Positions 1 to 9,069 of a DNA stretch of 64,000 bases are shown piece after piece. A program made the translations under genes and the position numbers. A model generated the notes under the pieces. It did not search any database, was not told where the DNA came from, and saw only the letters and a list, made by a program, of their open reading frames with translations. The stretch lies in NCBI GenBank assembly GCA_963734015.1, contig CAVTFG010000011.1, positions 17,842-81,841 on the forward strand, given 5' to 3'. Every line of letters starts with the position of its first letter. The first letter of the stretch is position 1. The DNA is from an uncultured bacterium (GTDB taxonomy: Bacteria; Actinomycetota; Thermoleophilia; Solirubrobacterales; 70-9).

Positions 1-36
1 GCGCCCGCCACGGCGGGCGTAGTGGCGACGCTGTGA
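1..36 (+). CDS. 3' end of an upstream gene (partial); its TGA (34-36) overlaps the cofE GTG (33-35)
   Basis: Open frame ...APATAGVVATL* runs off the window edge. The GTGA stop/start overlap with cofE suggests an operon partner. Too short to name. Confidence 0.3.
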   Translation, partial: APATAGVVATL

Positions 37-773
37 TCTCCATCCGTCCCGTCCAGGGCCTGCCGGAGATCGAGCCGGGCGTCCCACTGGGGACGATGCT
101 GGCTCAGGCCTCCGAGCCCCGGGACGACGACGTCCTCGTCGTCTCGCAGAAGATCGTCTCGAAGGCCGAAGGCCGCGTCCGCGACCTGGCGTCCGTGACC
201 CCGGGCGAGCGAGCCACCGGCCTCGCCGCGGAGGTCGATAAGGACCCCAGGCTCGTCGAGCTGATCCTGGACGAGACGGCCGCGATAATCCGGGCGGGGA
301 GCGGCGTCCTGATCGTCGAGACGACTTCCGGTCTGATCTGCGCGAACGCGGGAATCGACTCGTCGAACGTGCCGGGCGAGGACGTCGTGGTGCTGCTGCC
401 GGAGGACCCCGATGCCTCCGCCCGGAGCCTTCGGGCGGAGATCCGCAAGGCCTCCGGGCAGCGGCCCGCGGTCGTGATCGCCGACTCGTTCGGACGTCCC
501 TGGCGGATGGGGCAGGCGGACGTCGCGATCGGGTGCGCCGGGCTCACGCCGCTGGACGACTGGCGCGGGCGCCGCGACCGCTCAGGTCGTGAACTCGCCG
601 CGACACTGATCGCGATCGCCGACGAGGTCGCCGCCGCCGCCAGCCTCGCCCGCAACAAGGCCTCGAGCGAGCCCGCCGCGGTGCTCGCCGGCCTCGGGCG
701 CCACGTCACCGCCGACGACGGCCCTGGAGCGGCCGCGCTCCGGCGCGCCGCCGAGGCCGACCTGTTCCGCTAA
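33..773 (+). CDS. cofE: Coenzyme F420-0:L-glutamate ligase (CofE / FbiB N-terminal domain type)
   Basis: 246-aa ORF with CofE-like blocks: VVSQKIVSKAEGR, ETxSGLICANAGIDxSN, ADSFGRPWRxGQxDVAIG. Confidence 0.85.
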   Translation: MISIRPVQGLPEIEPGVPLGTMLAQASEPRDDDVLVVSQKIVSKAEGRVRDLASVTPGERATGLAAEVDKDPRLVELILDETAAIIRAGSGVLIVETTSGLICANAGIDSSNVPGEDVVVLLPEDPDASARSLRAEIRKASGQRPAVVIADSFGRPWRMGQADVAIGCAGLTPLDDWRGRRDRSGRELAATLIAIADEVAAAASLARNKASSEPAAVLAGLGRHVTADDGPGAAALRRAAEADLFR

Positions 774-1750
774 TCGGTTTCGATCGCGAGCACGGCGGCG
801 CCCTCCACCCGCCCCGCGCGGAGGTCGTCGAGCGCCACATTCGCGTCGGCGAGCGGGTACACCGTCACCGCGGTTCGCACGCCGGCTTCGGCCGCCACGG
901 CCAGGAGCTCCTCGCCGTCGGCCCTGGTGAGGTTGGCGACCGAGCGGATCGTCCGCTCGCGCCACAGCAGCTCGTACGGGAACGAGGGGATGTCGCTCAT
1001 GTGGATCCCGGCGCAAACGACGACGCCGCCGGGTGCGAGCGCGCGAAGGGCCGCAACCACCAGCTCACCCACCGGCGCGAACACGATCGCGGCGTCGAGC
1101 TCCTCCGGGAGCGAGTCGGCGCCACCGGCCCATTCGGCCCCCAGCCCACGCGCGAACGCCCCGGCCTCCTCCCCGCCCCTCGTGACCGCGAAGACCCTCC
1201 GGCCCTGGTGCGCGGCGACCTGGCAGATGATGTGCGCGGAGCCGCCGAAGCCGTAGAGCCCCAACCGCTGGGCGTCGCCACAGAACCGGAGGGCGCGATA
1301 GCCGATCAGCCCGGCGCACAGGAGCGGTGCCGCGTGCGAGTCGTCGGTGTGGCCCCGGAGCGGGAAGCAGTAGCGCTCGTCGGCGGCCGCCAGCTCGGCG
1401 TAGCCGCCATCGCGCGTATAGCCGGTGAACTCCGCACGCAGGCACAGGTTCTCGCGCCCGGCGAGGCAGTATCTGCACTCGCCGCAGGTCCACCCGAGCC
1501 AGGGGATCCCGACCCGCTCGCCGGCATCGAATCGGGCGCCCCCGGGATCGGCGACCTCGCCGACGATCTGATGCCCGGGGACCAGCGGAAGCTTCGGCTC
1601 GGCCAGCTCGCCGTCGACGATGTGCAGGTCCGTCCGGCACACGCCGCACGAGCGGACGCGGACCAGGACTTCCCCTTCCCGCGGCTCGGGGTCGGGGACC
1701 TCGCTCGGCTCCAGCTGTCGCCCGACTGTCTGCATGACCATGGCGCGCAT
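770..1750 (-). CDS. Zinc-dependent alcohol dehydrogenase (medium-chain dehydrogenase/reductase)
   Basis: Has GVCRTDLH, the structural-zinc block [15 protein letters not shown] and a GFGGSAH Rossmann motif. Start set at MRAMVMQ (ATG 1750); the ORF is open to 1825. Confidence 0.85.
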   Translation of the reverse strand: MRAMVMQTVGRQLEPSEVPDPEPREGEVLVRVRSCGVCRTDLHIVDGELAEPKLPLVPGHQIVGEVADPGGARFDAGERVGIPWLGWTCGECRYCLAGRENLCLRAEFTGYTRDGGYAELAAADERYCFPLRGHTDDSHAAPLLCAGLIGYRALRFCGDAQRLGLYGFGGSAHIICQVAAHQGRRVFAVTRGGEEAGAFARGLGAEWAGGADSLPEELDAAIVFAPVGELVVAALRALAPGGVVVCAGIHMSDIPSFPYELLWRERTIRSVANLTRADGEELLAVAAEAGVRTAVTVYPLADANVALDDLRAGRVEGAAVLAIETD

Positions 1751-1796
1751 CGAGGAAATCCTCGCATCACCGGCCCGGAATGGGATACTCCTCCGC

Positions 1797-2228
1797 ATGG
1801 CGCGTCGAGGGGATCCCAAGGTCAAGCGGCTCGCTCAGGTGCAGCTGTTCTCGGGCTGCAGCAAGCGCGACCTCGCGCGGATCGCGGCTCTGTCCAACGA
1901 GGTCGAGATCTCCCAGGGAACGGTGCTGATGAAGCAGGGTGATGTCGGTCACGAGGCATTCGTGATCGAGGAGGGCCGTGCGAAAGCGACCGTCCGCGGG
2001 AAGAAGGGCAGGACCATGGGACCGGGCGAATGCTTCGGCGAGATGGCGCTCCTGCACTCCGCGCCGCGATCGGCGACCGTGACCGCCGAGACCGACCTGA
2101 AATTGGTCGTCCTCGGGTCGCGCGAGTTCTGGACGCTCCTCGAGGACGTTCCCAGCGTCGCGCTCAAGGTGCTGGCCGCGGTGGGCGAGCGGCTCCGCGA
2201 CAACGAGGGCAAGCAGCCCCACCACTAG
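1797..2228 (+). CDS. Stand-alone cyclic-nucleotide-binding (cNMP) domain protein
   Basis: cNMP-binding signature FGEMALLxxxPRSATV plus [10 protein letters not shown]. Start is ambiguous (1734, 1740 or 1797); 1797 avoids 5' overlap with the divergent ADH gene. Confidence 0.7.
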   Translation: MARRGDPKVKRLAQVQLFSGCSKRDLARIAALSNEVEISQGTVLMKQGDVGHEAFVIEEGRAKATVRGKKGRTMGPGECFGEMALLHSAPRSATVTAETDLKLVVLGSREFWTLLEDVPSVALKVLAAVGERLRDNEGKQPHH

Positions 2229-2243
2229 GACCGGGACCTCGGC

Positions 2244-4439
2244 CTAGTAGGTCTCGACGATGTCGTAGAGCGTCGTCCGCTGTGCGGGGGTCCGACCGGC
2301 GGCGCGCGCGGCGGCGATCAGGTCCTCGGGCTCCAGGCGGACGCCGTGCTGTGAGCCCGCCATTCGTGAGATGTTCTCCTCCATCAGCGTCCCGCCGAGG
2401 TCGTTCACGCCCCAACGCAGGCTCTCGGTGGCCGCGTCGATCCCCATCTTCACCCAGCTGGCCTGGAGGTTCTTCACGGTCCGGCCGAGCGCAAGGCGGA
2501 AGGCCGCCGTGTGCTTCAGGTTCTCTGCCCGCGAGATCTCTTCGATCCCGTGCGTACGTCCGAGCATGGTGTGAAACGGGATGAAGCTGAGCGGGACGAA
2601 CTCGGTGATGCCTCCGGTTCGCTCCTGCAGCTCGCGGATCACGTGCATGTGGCGGGCGAGCTCCCAGGGCTCCTCGATGTGGCCGAACATCACCGTCGAG
2701 GTCGAGCGCAGCCCGGACGCGTGGCAGGCCTCGATGATCTCCACCCAGCGCCCCGCGGGAAGCTTGTTCGGCGAGATCCGCCCCCGGACGCCGTCGTGCA
2801 GGACCTCGGCGGCGGTACCCGGCGTCGAGCCGAGTCCGCACTCGAGCAGATAGTCGAAGACCTGGGCCGGTGACCGGCCCGAGCGCTCGCACATGTAGTG
2901 GACCTCCATCGGCGAGTACGCGTGCAGGTGGAGCTGCGGGGCGACCTCCTTGGCGAGCCGGAGCCACCGCCCGTAGTGCTCCAGCTCGTAGTCCGGGTGG
3001 ATCCCGCCCTGCATGCAGATCTCGGTCGCGCCGAACTCGACCGCCTCGGCGACCCGCGCCTGGAAGTCCTCCTCGGTGACGTGGTAGGCGTCCGGCGAGC
3101 GCCGGCCCTGGCCGAACCCGCAGAACGCACAGCCGACGGTGCAGATGTTCGTGAAGTTGACGTTCCTGTTGACGACGAAGGTGGTGACGTCGCCCGCGAG
3201 CTCCTCCCGGAGCCGGTCGGCGCCGGCGCGCATCGCCTCGATCACCTCGGGACGCGTCTCGGCGAAGAGCGCGGTCAGCTCGTCCTCGGACAGCGCGTCG
3301 CCGCGCACGCCCCGCTCGATCGCCGCGGGCGCCAGGCCGGGGTCGATCGCCCGCTCGGCGCGCCGGCCGGATCCCTTCCGGGGGATGAAGCTCCAGTACT
3401 TGAGCTTCACCGCGTCGAGCACTCCCTGCTCCATCCACTCCGGCTCCAGGTACTGCGGATAGGCGCAGAGCCGCTCGGTCAGCGCGTAACCCTGGGGCTC
3501 CAGGCGCTTGCGGACCTCGTGCGGGCTCGGGAACGCGTGCTCCGGCGAGATGTGGTCGCCGTTGGCTGAGAGGCCGCCGAGGTCGGTCGCGCCCGCGGCC
3601 ACCAAGTCGTCCCACCAGTCCGCCAGGTTGGGCGGGATCTGGATGCCTGCTTCGGGCATCAGGCGGCGGGTCTCGGAGACCAGGCGTTTCATGTCCTCGA
3701 GCGTGATCGGGGTCGCCCAATCCGGAAGCGGCAGGCCCTCGTTGACGCTGGACGAGCTATTCGACCAGCGAGCCCTCGCAGCCTCGTCCGCGATCTCGGC
3801 CACCTCCCGCCCGTAGTAGCGGGGATGCGGAACGTAGTTTTGGAGGATCACCTCCTGGATATGGCCGTGGCGCTCGTGTGAACCGGCGAGCGCTTCGAGC
3901 GACGCGATCCGCTCGTCCTCGGTCTCCCCGATCCCGACCAGGATCCCGGAGGTGAACGGGATCCTGAGCTCGCCGGCCGCGTCGATCGTCGCCATGCGCA
4001 CGTCCGGGTGCTTCGACGGCGACCCGGCGTGGACGGTTTCCATCAGGCGCTCGGAGATCGACTCCAGCATCAGCCCCTGCGAGGCGGTCACCTCGCGCAG
4101 CCGGGCCAGATCGTCGTGCGAGAGGGCACCCAGGTTCGTGTGCGGCAGGAGGCCGCGCTCGAGCGCCCGCTCGCACGTGTAGACGACGTACGAGACGAAG
4201 TCCTCGTGCCCGTACGCGCGCAGCCGCTCCGCCACCTCGGCGTTCACCTCGGGTTGCTCGCCGGTCAGGACGAGCAGCTCCTTGGCGTTCCGCCTCAGCG
4301 CCTGCTCGAGCCGGTCCTCGACCTCATCGGGCGAGTAGAGGTGCGCCTTGCGCGTCGCAAACGCGCAGTACTTGCAGACGCACCGGCACGTCCGCGAGAG
4401 CGAGAGCGTGTAGTTACGCGAAAACGTGACGCGCCGCAC
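2244..4439 (-). CDS. fbiC: Bifunctional FO synthase (7,8-didemethyl-8-hydroxy-5-deazariboflavin synthase, fused CofG+CofH)
   Basis: 731 aa with two radical-SAM halves, each carrying CxxxCxxC (CRCVCKYC near the N-terminus, CTVGCAFC mid-protein). Length and order are typical of actinobacterial FbiC. Confidence 0.9.
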   Translation of the reverse strand: MRRVTFSRNYTLSLSRTCRCVCKYCAFATRKAHLYSPDEVEDRLEQALRRNAKELLVLTGEQPEVNAEVAERLRAYGHEDFVSYVVYTCERALERGLLPHTNLGALSHDDLARLREVTASQGLMLESISERLMETVHAGSPSKHPDVRMATIDAAGELRIPFTSGILVGIGETEDERIASLEALAGSHERHGHIQEVILQNYVPHPRYYGREVAEIADEAARARWSNSSSSVNEGLPLPDWATPITLEDMKRLVSETRRLMPEAGIQIPPNLADWWDDLVAAGATDLGGLSANGDHISPEHAFPSPHEVRKRLEPQGYALTERLCAYPQYLEPEWMEQGVLDAVKLKYWSFIPRKGSGRRAERAIDPGLAPAAIERGVRGDALSEDELTALFAETRPEVIEAMRAGADRLREELAGDVTTFVVNRNVNFTNICTVGCAFCGFGQGRRSPDAYHVTEEDFQARVAEAVEFGATEICMQGGIHPDYELEHYGRWLRLAKEVAPQLHLHAYSPMEVHYMCERSGRSPAQVFDYLLECGLGSTPGTAAEVLHDGVRGRISPNKLPAGRWVEIIEACHASGLRSTSTVMFGHIEEPWELARHMHVIRELQERTGGITEFVPLSFIPFHTMLGRTHGIEEISRAENLKHTAAFRLALGRTVKNLQASWVKMGIDAATESLRWGVNDLGGTLMEENISRMAGSQHGVRLEPEDLIAAARAAGRTPAQRTTLYDIVETY

Positions 4440-4450
4440 GGCGCGTCACG

Positions 4451-5236
4451 TTACTCGTTGCGTGCGCGGACCTCGGCGTCCTTGACGGCCTGGCCCACCG
4501 CCCGGGCGTCCGAGGTGGGAGGCTCCGAACCTTCCGCGAATTGCGGGCCCGCGATGATGAAGCGGTAGATCCCAACCGCCAGCGCCGCGCCCACGATCGG
4601 GCCGAGCACGTACGGGAACAGGTCGGAGGCCTCGAGGGTGTCGCCGATCAGTGCCGGGCCGAACCAGCGGGCCGGGTTGAACGAGCCGCCGGTGAGCGGG
4701 CCGAAGATCATCACGAGGAATCCCAGGGTGGTGCCGATCACGTACGGCGCCCACTCCTGGCGGGCCCGCGGGTTCATCGCGACCGCGAGCACCACGAGGA
4801 CCAGCAGGAACGTCCCCAGGCCCTCGACCACGAAGCCCGCGAAGTCGTTGGCGAGCAGGTTGCTGATCTCGGCGCTGCCGTAGCCGAGCGCGCGGCCCTC
4901 GTCGAGCAGGAGACCCTTGACCAGGAGCGCGCCGAGCACGGCGCCCGAGAGCTGGGCGAGCATGTAGACGACTGCGTCGACCCAGTCGATCTTGCGCTGG
5001 ACCGCCGCCGCCAGCGTGATCGCCGGGTTGAAGTGGCCGCCTGAGACGGCGCCGAAGGCCATGATCAGCCCGAACAGCATGAAGGCGTGGACGAGGCCGA
5101 CGACCGCGAAGTCCGACCCGGTCTGCGCCTCGGGCGAGCTGGCCACGAACAGCGTGACGACCGTGCCGACGACGAAGACCAGGAACAGCGTTCCCAGCAG
5201 CTCCGCGATGTAGGCGGCCAGACCTCGATCCTGCAC
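4451..5236 (-). CDS. MIP-family channel (aquaporin/glycerol facilitator type)
   Basis: Two NPA boxes (GGHFNPAITL and GGSFNPARWF) and six hydrophobic segments. GTG start at 5236 lies 7 nt after GGAGG. The remaining N-terminal ~440 aa of the 699-aa track ORF is antisense to the neighbouring gene. Confidence 0.9.
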   Translation of the reverse strand: MQDRGLAAYIAELLGTLFLVFVVGTVVTLFVASSPEAQTGSDFAVVGLVHAFMLFGLIMAFGAVSGGHFNPAITLAAAVQRKIDWVDAVVYMLAQLSGAVLGALLVKGLLLDEGRALGYGSAEISNLLANDFAGFVVEGLGTFLLVLVVLAVAMNPRARQEWAPYVIGTTLGFLVMIFGPLTGGSFNPARWFGPALIGDTLEASDLFPYVLGPIVGAALAVGIYRFIIAGPQFAEGSEPPTSDARAVGQAVKDAEVRARNE

Positions 5237-5356
5237 TCTTCTACCTCCTGATGGACTTAAAGCGTGTACCCGCGCTCGGTCCGTCACGGACCGGCGCCGC
5301 GGCAGTGTATAGACGCGCGCCGCCCGCGCGTGCCGCGCCGGTACCCTCGGCGCAAC

Positions 5357-6274
5357 ATGAGGGTCGTTGCGCTGCTGGCGGCCGTCGTGGCGGCGGCCCT
5401 TGCGGGCTGCGGCGACGACGGTGCTGAACCGGGCGCCTCCAGCGAGGCGACCCTGGTCCTCGACTTCACGCCGAACGCCGTCCACGCGGGGCTCTACGCC
5501 GCGCTCGAGCGCGGCTGGTTCGAGGAAGCGGGCGTGGCGCTGGAGATCCGCGCCCCGGGCGAATCGACGGATGCGCCGAAGCTGCTCGAGGCCGGCCGCA
5601 CCGAGTTCGCGGTGCTCGACATCAACGACTGGGGGATCGCCCGCGAGCGCGGCCTCGATCTGGTGCCGGTGGCCGCGCTGGTGCAGGTGCCCCTCGCGAC
5701 GGTGATCGCCGGCGACCGCAACGCGGTCCGGCGCCCGCGCGACCTCGAGGGATTGACCGTAGGCGTGACGGGCTTGCCTTCGGACGACGCCGTACTGGAC
5801 CACGTCGTCGAGGACGACGGGGGCGATCCGGGCGAGGTCGACCGCACCACGATCGGCTTCGACTCGGTCGCGGCGCTGTCCGCGGGCCGCGTGGACGCGG
5901 CGACGGCGTTCTGGAACGCCGAGGGCGTCGCGCTCCGCGAGCTCGGCGTGCCGACCCGCGAGTTCCGGGTCGGCGAGGTGACCGGCGAGCCGTTTCCGGA
6001 GCTCATCGTGGTCGCGTCGCAGGAGCTCGTGGATTCGGAGCCGGCGCTCGTGGAGGCGCTGCAGACCGGCGTGGGGCACGGCTACACGCTGGCGAGCGAC
6101 GACCCGGAGGCCGCCCTCGACGAGTTGCTGTCGTCTGAGCCGGGGCTGGAGCCCGACGTCCAAGGCTCCCAGATGGATGCCCTGACCGAGGCAGACGCGT
6201 TCAGCGCCGGCGTCGAACCGGGAACGGTCAGGCGCGCTCGCATCGCGAACTGGCGAGCGTTCGCGAAACGCTGA
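5357..6274 (+). CDS. ABC-transporter substrate-binding lipoprotein (NMT1/THI5-like, NitT/TauT family)
   Basis: Signal peptide with lipobox (MRVVALLAAVVAAALAGC), then an NMT1-like pattern (LDFTPNAVHAGLY, VLDINDWG, VPLATVIAG). Confidence 0.75.
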   Translation: MRVVALLAAVVAAALAGCGDDGAEPGASSEATLVLDFTPNAVHAGLYAALERGWFEEAGVALEIRAPGESTDAPKLLEAGRTEFAVLDINDWGIARERGLDLVPVAALVQVPLATVIAGDRNAVRRPRDLEGLTVGVTGLPSDDAVLDHVVEDDGGDPGEVDRTTIGFDSVAALSAGRVDAATAFWNAEGVALRELGVPTREFRVGEVTGEPFPELIVVASQELVDSEPALVEALQTGVGHGYTLASDDPEAALDELLSSEPGLEPDVQGSQMDALTEADAFSAGVEPGTVRRARIANWRAFAKR

Positions 6275-6371
6275 GTCTTCCCATCCCGACACGGGATTCA
6301 CGGCCGTTTTCGGCCGGCTGGTGGTAGCGTGGCGGCGGATCGTCCATCGCCAACTCGAGGAGGGGTCGTAA

Positions 6372-6761
6372 ATGACTGAAACGCTCAAGGGAACTTGCTT
6401 GTGCGAAGGCGTGGAGTACGAGGTTCGAGAGCCCCAGGCACTGGGGTACTGCCACTGCACCCGCTGCCAGCACTGGACGGGCTCGAGCCTCGCTGGGGTT
6501 GTCGTGGCCAAGGAGAACTTCGAGTTCACCAAGGGCGGGGATTTGGTCAAGACCTACGAGAGCCACCTCGCGCCACGCAACTTCTGCAGTAACTGCGGCT
6601 CCAGCATCTACGACGACCTGGGCGCGGTGTACTTCGTCGCCGCAGGACTGATGGGCGACCTCGACATGACCCCGAGCTTCCACCAGCAGGTGGCATACAA
6701 GGCCAGCTGGCATTCGATCGGCGACGACGCGCCACAGTTCGACGAGATGCCGCCGGGCTGA
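6372..6761 (+). CDS. GFA-family (glutathione-dependent formaldehyde-activating / CENP-V-like) zinc protein
   Basis: Cys pattern CLCEGV..., CHCTRCQ..., FCSNCGS is typical of the GFA fold. SD GAGGAGG lies upstream. Confidence 0.8.
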   Translation: MTETLKGTCLCEGVEYEVREPQALGYCHCTRCQHWTGSSLAGVVVAKENFEFTKGGDLVKTYESHLAPRNFCSNCGSSIYDDLGAVYFVAAGLMGDLDMTPSFHQQVAYKASWHSIGDDAPQFDEMPPG

Positions 6762-6801
6762 CGCGAAGGCGTGCCGAGGCACAAGCCCAAGGTGGCGCCG
6801 G

Positions 6802-7161
6802 CTAGAGCCGCCTGCTCGCCCTGAACTGCTTTCGCACCGACTCCGGCCGGCCCCACATCTGCGTGACCTCGGCGCGGCCCTCGCGGAAGTCGCGGAGGAT
6901 GAGCTCGGCCTCGATCCCCTCCTGGTCGAGGAGGGCCAGGGTGCCCTTCACCGTCGGGGCGGCGGCGGCGTGGCCGAACTTGTTGGCGACGATCAGCCGC
7001 CAGTGCCAGTCGGCCTTCGAGTAGGGCTGGGCATTGACCTGCGTGAGGATCACCGAGGCGTCGATGTAGCGCTCCTCGTCGGGCAGGCGCATGTCGAGCG
7101 TCAGGTCGGTCCAGTCGTCCGGAAGGGAGTCGAGGATCTCCTGGAACTGGTCGGCGAGCAC
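6802..7161 (-). CDS. Hypothetical protein, last gene of the MCO-ZIP-DtxR operon
   Basis: 119-aa ORF, same strand, 10 nt after the DtxR-family gene. No recognisable motif. Confidence 0.55.
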   Translation of the reverse strand: MLADQFQEILDSLPDDWTDLTLDMRLPDEERYIDASVILTQVNAQPYSKADWHWRLIVANKFGHAAAAPTVKGTLALLDQEGIEAELILRDFREGRAEVTQMWGRPESVRKQFRASRRL

Positions 7162-7171
7162 GCCTGGGAGC

Positions 7172-7861
7172 CTATCCCGCTGCGATCACCATCCGGCGCG
7201 CGAGCTCGGCGCCGATCGCGTGCGGCCGGCCGTCGACCTCGATCGAGACGGACCCGCCGAACGGCTCGCGCTCGGCGACCGTCAGCTCCGAGCCGGGCCG
7301 GATCCCGCGCTCAGCGAGGAACCTGAGCATCTCCGGGTCGGAATCGGAGACCCGGGCCAGGGTCCCCCGGCCGCCCGGCTCCAGTTCCGCCAGCGGCACT
7401 CCCGGCTCGCTCGCAAGCGCCAGCTCGCGGTCCGGGATCGGGTCCCCGTGCGGATCGTGCCGCGGGTCGCCGAGCGCCTCGGCGATCCGCTCCTCGAGCT
7501 CCTCGGAGATGTAGTGCTCGAGCACCTCGGCCTCGTCGTGGACGCGGTCCCAGGGCATGCCCAGCACGTCGGTCAGATACGACTCGAGCAGGCGGTGGTG
7601 GCGGATCACCTCGAGCGCAACGCGCTCGCCCTCGTCGGTCAGGAGCGCGCCGCGGTAGCGCTCGTGCTCGACCAGCCCCATCTCCTGCATGCGCTTCAGC
7701 ATCGCGGTGACCGTCCCGGGCGAGACGCCGAGCCGCTCGGCAAGCGCCGACGTCGAGACCGCTCCGTCGCTGCGCTTCGCCAGCGCGTGGAGGGCCTTCG
7801 CGTAGTCCTCGACCGCCTCGGTGTTGGGCGCGTCGGGTCGTCTGAATCCGGAGTGAGCCAT
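7172..7861 (-). CDS. DtxR/IdeR/SirR-family metal-dependent transcriptional regulator with C-terminal FeoA/SH3-like domain
   Basis: wHTH (LAERLGVSPGTVTAMLKRM), metal-site/dimerisation region (RHHRLLESYL, HDEAEVLEHYIS) and an SH3-like tail. Confidence 0.9.
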   Translation of the reverse strand: MAHSGFRRPDAPNTEAVEDYAKALHALAKRSDGAVSTSALAERLGVSPGTVTAMLKRMQEMGLVEHERYRGALLTDEGERVALEVIRHHRLLESYLTDVLGMPWDRVHDEAEVLEHYISEELEERIAEALGDPRHDPHGDPIPDRELALASEPGVPLAELEPGGRGTLARVSDSDPEMLRFLAERGIRPGSELTVAEREPFGGSVSIEVDGRPHAIGAELARRMVIAAG

Positions 7862-7863
7862 GG

Positions 7864-9069
7864 CTAAACGCTGATCAGAAGCCCAGTCAGATAGAACGCC
7901 ACGACGCCGGCAGCAACGCCGGTCGCCGTAGCCGTGTCGAGCAGGCGCCCGGCGCGGTCGCGCATCGCGGGCGCGATCTGCACGATCACCTGGACCACGG
8001 CGCCGACGCCGACGCCCAGCAGCAGCGCCGAGAGCTCGGGGTTGGTCACGGAGGCGCCGATGATGCCGCCGAGGATCGCGGGGGCACCGGCGATCAGGCC
8101 GAGGAGCAGAAGCCGCCGAACCGAAGGATTGGAGCGCGTGAGCGGGGCAACGATCGCGAAGCCCTCGGTGGTGTTGTGGATCGCGAATCCGACGACCAGG
8201 AACGCGCCGAGCGCCAGCTCGCCGATCGCGTAGGCGGAGCCGATCGCAAGGCCCTCGCCCAGGTTGTGGAGGCCGATGCCCAGCGCGATCATCAGCGCCA
8301 TCCGACCGGCGCCACCGCTCTCGTCACCCTCGCGCTCGCCGCGGGCGCGCAGGTGGCGGTCGACCGCGGTCAGCACCAGGTACGACAGGCCCGCGCCCAG
8401 CACCAGCAGCTCGACGCCGCCGAACGCCCCGCCGGACTCGTTTGCCAGGTCGATGCCCTCCAGCGTCGCGTCCACGGCGAGGAACGCGAGGAGTCCGACC
8501 GTGATCGCCATCAGCACCCGGATCCAGTCCGGCTTGAACCGGCGCATCGCCGGCAGCAGCATCATCCCGAGGACCACCGGGATGATCCCCACGTACGTGC
8601 CGAGCAGCGCCATCAGGGCGAACAGATCGCCGTCGGCCTTGGGCGTCTCCACCGCCGCGGGGATCTCGTGCTCGATCACCACGCCGGTCGAGGTGACGAG
8701 CGAGATGATGTACGGCTGGCCCTCCTGCCAGGGATAGGTCAGCGAGATCGTGCCCGAGCCGAGGCGGCCGATCGGCTCGTCGACGCCCGTGAAGTCGACG
8801 AACGCGTCATTCACGAACGCCTGGGCGACCGTCACCTCGTCGGGTCCGGTGTTGCGCAGCGTCAGCTCGATCTGGTTGGGCTCCAGCTGGGTGCGCTCGA
8901 CCGCGAGCTCCTCCACCGGCGGGCCGAGGCGGTCGGGGAGGCTGTCGCCACCCGCGACCGCGAGCACGACCAGGACGGCCGCGATCAGCGCCGCAACGCC
9001 GGCGCCCAAGATCCACGTCGGCACGCCCGAAAGCGGCCCTCGCTCGAGTGTCTCGCCGCGCGCCTCCAT
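7864..9069 (-). CDS. ZIP-family divalent metal transporter with N-terminal extracytoplasmic domain
   Basis: ZIP signature GLHNLGEGLAIG ... FAIHNTTEGFAI and multiple TM segments. Its ATG overlaps the MCO stop (TGATG). Confidence 0.85.
   Translation of the reverse strand: MEARGETLERGPLSGVPTWILGAGVAALIAAVLVVLAVAGGDSLPDRLGPPVEELAVERTQLEPNQIELTLRNTGPDEVTVAQAFVNDAFVDFTGVDEPIGRLGSGTISLTYPWQEGQPYIISLVTSTGVVIEHEIPAAVETPKADGDLFALMALLGTYVGIIPVVLGMMLLPAMRRFKPDWIRVLMAITVGLLAFLAVDATLEGIDLANESGGAFGGVELLVLGAGLSYLVLTAVDRHLRARGEREGDESGGAGRMALMIALGIGLHNLGEGLAIGSAYAIGELALGAFLVVGFAIHNTTEGFAIVAPLTRSNPSVRRLLLLGLIAGAPAILGGIIGASVTNPELSALLLGVGVGAVVQVIVQIAPAMRDRAGRLLDTATATGVAAGVVAFYLTGLLISV

Noticed and set aside
5237-5356. 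TPP riboswitch upstream of the NMT1/THI5-like binding protein
   Set aside because: I looked for the CUGAGA and ACCUGAUCUGGAUAAUGCCAGCG-type blocks on both strands and found neither. The region is ordinary GC-rich spacer.
4451-6550. 699-aa ORF as a single large aquaporin fusion protein
   Set aside because: Only the C-terminal 261 aa is MIP-like, and it has its own GTG with a strong SD at 5236. The N-terminal part is antisense to the substrate-binding lipoprotein gene.
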